From IMG/VR virus record IMGVR_UViG_3300029728_000017: DNA of 51,722 bases; one strand, given 5' to 3'. Every line of letters begins with the position of its first letter. The first letter of the stretch is position 1. The DNA comes from a virus. The notes below the pieces were generated by a model. That model had not been told where the DNA came from, did no database searches, and saw only the letters and a program-made list of their open reading frames with translations. Below, piece after piece: positions 49,365-51,722 of the stretch. Made by a program: the position numbers and the translations under genes.

Positions 49365-50404
49365 TACTCAGCCTCCACCAACTTGCCGTTTACCAGCTTA
49401 TACCATGTGTCCGCTCTGATGTCCGTGCCGTCTACGACAAACGCTTTCCACTCTTTGATGTCCCAATTGTCCTCGTTTTCCTCACAGATCACCAGCACAG
49501 CACCAAGACCGCCTTTAATCTTCACATCGTTACCTCGAACAAGGCCGCATCCATTTTTGCCAACAGAAACAGATCCTTTTGCGGTGGCTGCGCCGCGATA
49601 GCCTGCGGTGGCTGCGCCGTAAGCGCCTGCGGTGGCTGCGCCGCTATCGCCTGCGGTGGCTGCGCCGTAAGCGCCTGCGGCGGCTGCGCCGCTATCGCCT
49701 GCGGTGGCTGCGCCGTAAGCGCCTGCGGTGGCTGCGCCGTAAGCGCCTGCGGTGGCTGCGCCGTAAGCGCCTGCGGTGGCTGCGCCGCGATAGCCTGCGG
49801 TGGCTGCGCCGTAAGCGCCTGCGGCGGCTGCGCCGCTATCGCCTGCGGTGGCTGCGCCGTAAGCGCCTGCGGTGGCTGCGCCGCTATCGCCTGCGGTGGC
49901 TGCGCCGCGATAGCCTGCGGTGGCTGCGCCGTAAGCGCCTGCGGTGGCTGCGCCGTAAGCGCCTGCGGTGGCTGCGCCGCTATCGCCTGCGGTGGCTGCG
50001 CCGCTATCGCCTGCGGTGGCTGCGCCGCTATCGCCTGCGGTGGCTGCGCCGCAAGCGCCTGCGGTGGCTGCTTTCTGGTCGGTATGTTCCATTGTGGTAT
50101 GCGCCTTGACGTACTCAACGTGAGCCTTTACCAGACCGGGAATGCCGATCTCCGCGCCCACCGTAAGCTTCTTGGCAACGCGCTTGCTATCATCTCCACG
50201 TTCGTCGCTCACGCCGTCCATTTCCACTTCGCAATACCGGCTTCCTTCGCCGGGCGCGTAATATCTGAACACATCCAACGGCGCTTCACAAGCGTGCAAG
50301 CCCTGATTGCACAGCTTCACTTTGTCAACTTCCTGCGTGCCGCCGATCTCATACTGCAAACCTCTGCACTGCAAATTCTTGTCAAAACCCTTGTAAGCTT
50401 TCAT
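49364..50404 (-). CDS. Octapeptide-repeat protein: a globular N-terminal domain, 20.5 copies of GAATAG(DS/AY/YR), and a globular C-terminal domain
   Basis: ORF track, 346 aa. The flanking non-repeat domains fix the frame (MKAYKGFDKNLQCRGLQYEIGG...LHACEAPLDVFRYY and ...WKAFVVDGTDIRADTWYKLVNGKLVEAE). The stop overlaps the next start. Confidence 0.8.
   Translation of the reverse strand: MKAYKGFDKNLQCRGLQYEIGGTQEVDKVKLCNQGLHACEAPLDVFRYYAPGEGSRYCEVEMDGVSDERGDDSKRVAKKLTVGAEIGIPGLVKAHVEYVKAHTTMEHTDQKAATAGACGAATAGDSGAATAGDSGAATAGDSGAATAGAYGAATAGAYGAATAGYRGAATAGDSGAATAGAYGAATAGDSGAAAAGAYGAATAGYRGAATAGAYGAATAGAYGAATAGAYGAATAGDSGAAAAGAYGAATAGDSGAATAGAYGAATAGYRGAATAKGSVSVGKNGCGLVRGNDVKIKGGLGAVLVICEENEDNWDIKEWKAFVVDGTDIRADTWYKLVNGKLVEAE
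49580..50071 (-). repeat. Tandem array of 20.5 copies of a 24-bp unit, in frame within 49364..50404
   Basis: The plus-strand unit is gcggtggctgcgccg-NNNNNN-cctg, with three recurrent cores: gctatcgc (Asp-Ser), gtaagcgc (Ala-Tyr) and gcgatagc (Tyr-Arg). Confidence 0.95.
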
Positions 50405-50515
50405 TTTTCATTCTCCTTATCGATATCTTCTTGCTGAAATCTCCGTAATGGCATAGCCGTATCTGGCGTGAAACATTCGGGCCTTGATAGAGTAGCTTTC
50501 AGTCCTTACCCCCTT

Positions 50516-51722
50516 CTATACCGCCACGCAGTCCATCAGCTGCGCCATTGTCGTTATGGTCACGCCGCACCACTCCGGCAGGTTGGCCCGCACCAGAGCG
50601 GACGCCACCGGCGGGCAGACGGCATTGCCGCACCGCGCCACCTGTGCGCTCTTTTTGTACTTATTGCCCTCATAATCACGGTCAATGATGTAATCCGGCG
50701 GGAATCCCATAGCGTTGTACAGCTCACGGGGCGACAGCATCCGCAGTCCGATATCCGCGATGTAGTACAGTGCGCCGCCGATCTCCAGCAGCAACACATC
50801 ATCATCCGCCAGCGCATAGCCGCAGAATTCATTCAGCAGGGCGCGAATCTCGGGCCAGTGGCCCAGATCGTCACCGCTGCGCATCTTTGCCAGATACGCC
50901 TTGCACACGGCGAACTCCCCGGCGCTGGTGGTCACTGTCTGCATCGGCTCATCTGCCCCATGCCCCAGGTTGTCACCCTTGAACTTTACAACATGGGCGG
51001 CGACCACCGCCTCACGGTCGTGGCTGGTAACGGTGTGCATGGGGTCTTGCACATCCAGCGGCCTGCCGCCGGTGTAATACTCCACCAGATTGGCGCAGGT
51101 CAGGCCGTATCGGTTGGAGGCGTCCACCGTGTGGATAGGCGTCCCCAGCCCGGATGCCCGAACGTGTTCCGTCTGTTCCGTGTGATACTGGATCAGCGCG
51201 GGCGCCACGATGCCGCCGGTATGCTTGGCGGTGATGGTCTTGTGAGCATCCGTCACAGGTGCAATATGCCCGCCGCCAGAGTGGTTGCACTCCGCAAGGA
51301 AGGGCGTTACCAGCATCTGATTCCCTGCGGTCGTTACGGTATGTACCGGCGCTCCGACCGTCCCGCCCACGCTGTTGCTGGTGTTGGTCACCGTCACAGG
51401 TGCCAGCAGCGGCTTGCACAATTCATGCGCTCCTACCGCCGTAACAGTCGTCAATGGCTTTTCGATGTTCTGCGCAGCGTTCTGGAATTTCTGCTGTACG
51501 ATGAACGGCTTGCCGCTGCGGATGGTGAACTTGTCCACGCCCCGGATGATCCGCCGCATAGTGTTCTTCGCCAGCGGGCGCACCGCTTTCAGGCCGTATT
51601 TGTCCATGATCTGCGCCTTAGATGCAAATACCGACGGGCAGGGCAGCGACCAGTCGATGATCTCCGATGCACAGCGCCACTTGGGCAGTCCATCCGCGCC
51701 GGTTTTGCTGTGGGTGGGCTTC
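50516..51722 (-). CDS. DNA (cytosine-5)-methyltransferase, C-terminal part, with an expanded target-recognition region (same gene as 1..665)
   Basis: ORF track 50516..51607, and the frame stays open to the window end. It has RMLSPRELYNAMGFPPDY (motif IX) and CGNAVCPPVA (motif X). The joined gene is 1773 nt, or 590 aa. Confidence 0.9.
   Translation of the reverse strand, partial: KPTHSKTGADGLPKWRCASEIIDWSLPCPSVFASKAQIMDKYGLKAVRPLAKNTMRRIIRGVDKFTIRSGKPFIVQQKFQNAAQNIEKPLTTVTAVGAHELCKPLLAPVTVTNTSNSVGGTVGAPVHTVTTAGNQMLVTPFLAECNHSGGGHIAPVTDAHKTITAKHTGGIVAPALIQYHTEQTEHVRASGLGTPIHTVDASNRYGLTCANLVEYYTGGRPLDVQDPMHTVTSHDREAVVAAHVVKFKGDNLGHGADEPMQTVTTSAGEFAVCKAYLAKMRSGDDLGHWPEIRALLNEFCGYALADDDVLLLEIGGALYYIADIGLRMLSPRELYNAMGFPPDYIIDRDYEGNKYKKSAQVARCGNAVCPPVASALVRANLPEWCGVTITTMAQLMDCVAV
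51624..51722. repeat. Terminal overlap identical to 1..99
   Basis: See the feature at 1..99. Confidence 0.95.

Noticed and set aside
49580-50071. A possible CRISPR array
   Set aside because: The units are contiguous 24-mers with no spacers. They lie in frame within a protein, and no cas genes or leader are present.
49355-50437. Alternative long ORFs through the 24-bp repeat array (49355..50437+, 49579..50109+ and 49522..50118-)
   Set aside because: The repeat keeps several frames open. Only the 49364..50404 frame has globular, non-repetitive N- and C-terminal domains and start/stop coupling with its neighbours.

Overview
The window is a complete, circularly closed genome of a temperate siphovirus-like phage. 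Bases 1-99 are identical to 51624-51722, so the unique length is 51623 bp. It is GC-rich with Firmicutes/Clostridia-type gene content; that host assignment is an inference. Nearly all lytic genes are on the minus strand.

Minus-strand order, descending coordinates:
- cro-like HTH at 10325, then early, recombination and replication genes: Sak3-like annealase, YqaJ exonuclease, NinB-like, HNH homing endonuclease, SSB, G39P-like loader, RusA-like.
- A putative DNA-modification island that crosses the linearisation point: C5 methyltransferase, octapeptide-repeat protein, PAPS-reductase-like protein, radical SAM, SPFH, MazG-like, SleB-like.
- A tRNA-like gene plus an ORF-free structured region of about 625 nt.
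- terS and terL, portal, minor head protein, then an accessory island with an Arc-like RHH and an antirepressor.
- Scaffold, capsid, connectors, major tail, chaperones, tape measure, tail and fibre genes, lysis cassette.
- A cluster of low-complexity cargo genes ending at attP.

The plus strand carries the lysogeny side: an AT-rich cargo block, a CI-like HTH, a membrane-anchored HTH, a tyrosine integrase, and an attP core that copies the 3' part of a tRNA. It also carries a self-contained PH-domain moron inside the tail operon, and three promoter-to-terminator cassettes of about 65-75 nt sitting antisense in gaps of the lytic operons.

Most interesting:
- A candidate giant ornate ncRNA next to an aberrant tRNA-like element.
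- The modification island, bracketed by a duplicated 91-aa gene.
- An in-frame array of 20.5 copies of a 24-bp repeat.
- An arc-sar-ant-like secondary immunity module inside the head operon.

All functional calls rest on motif recognition by eye. No database search was run.
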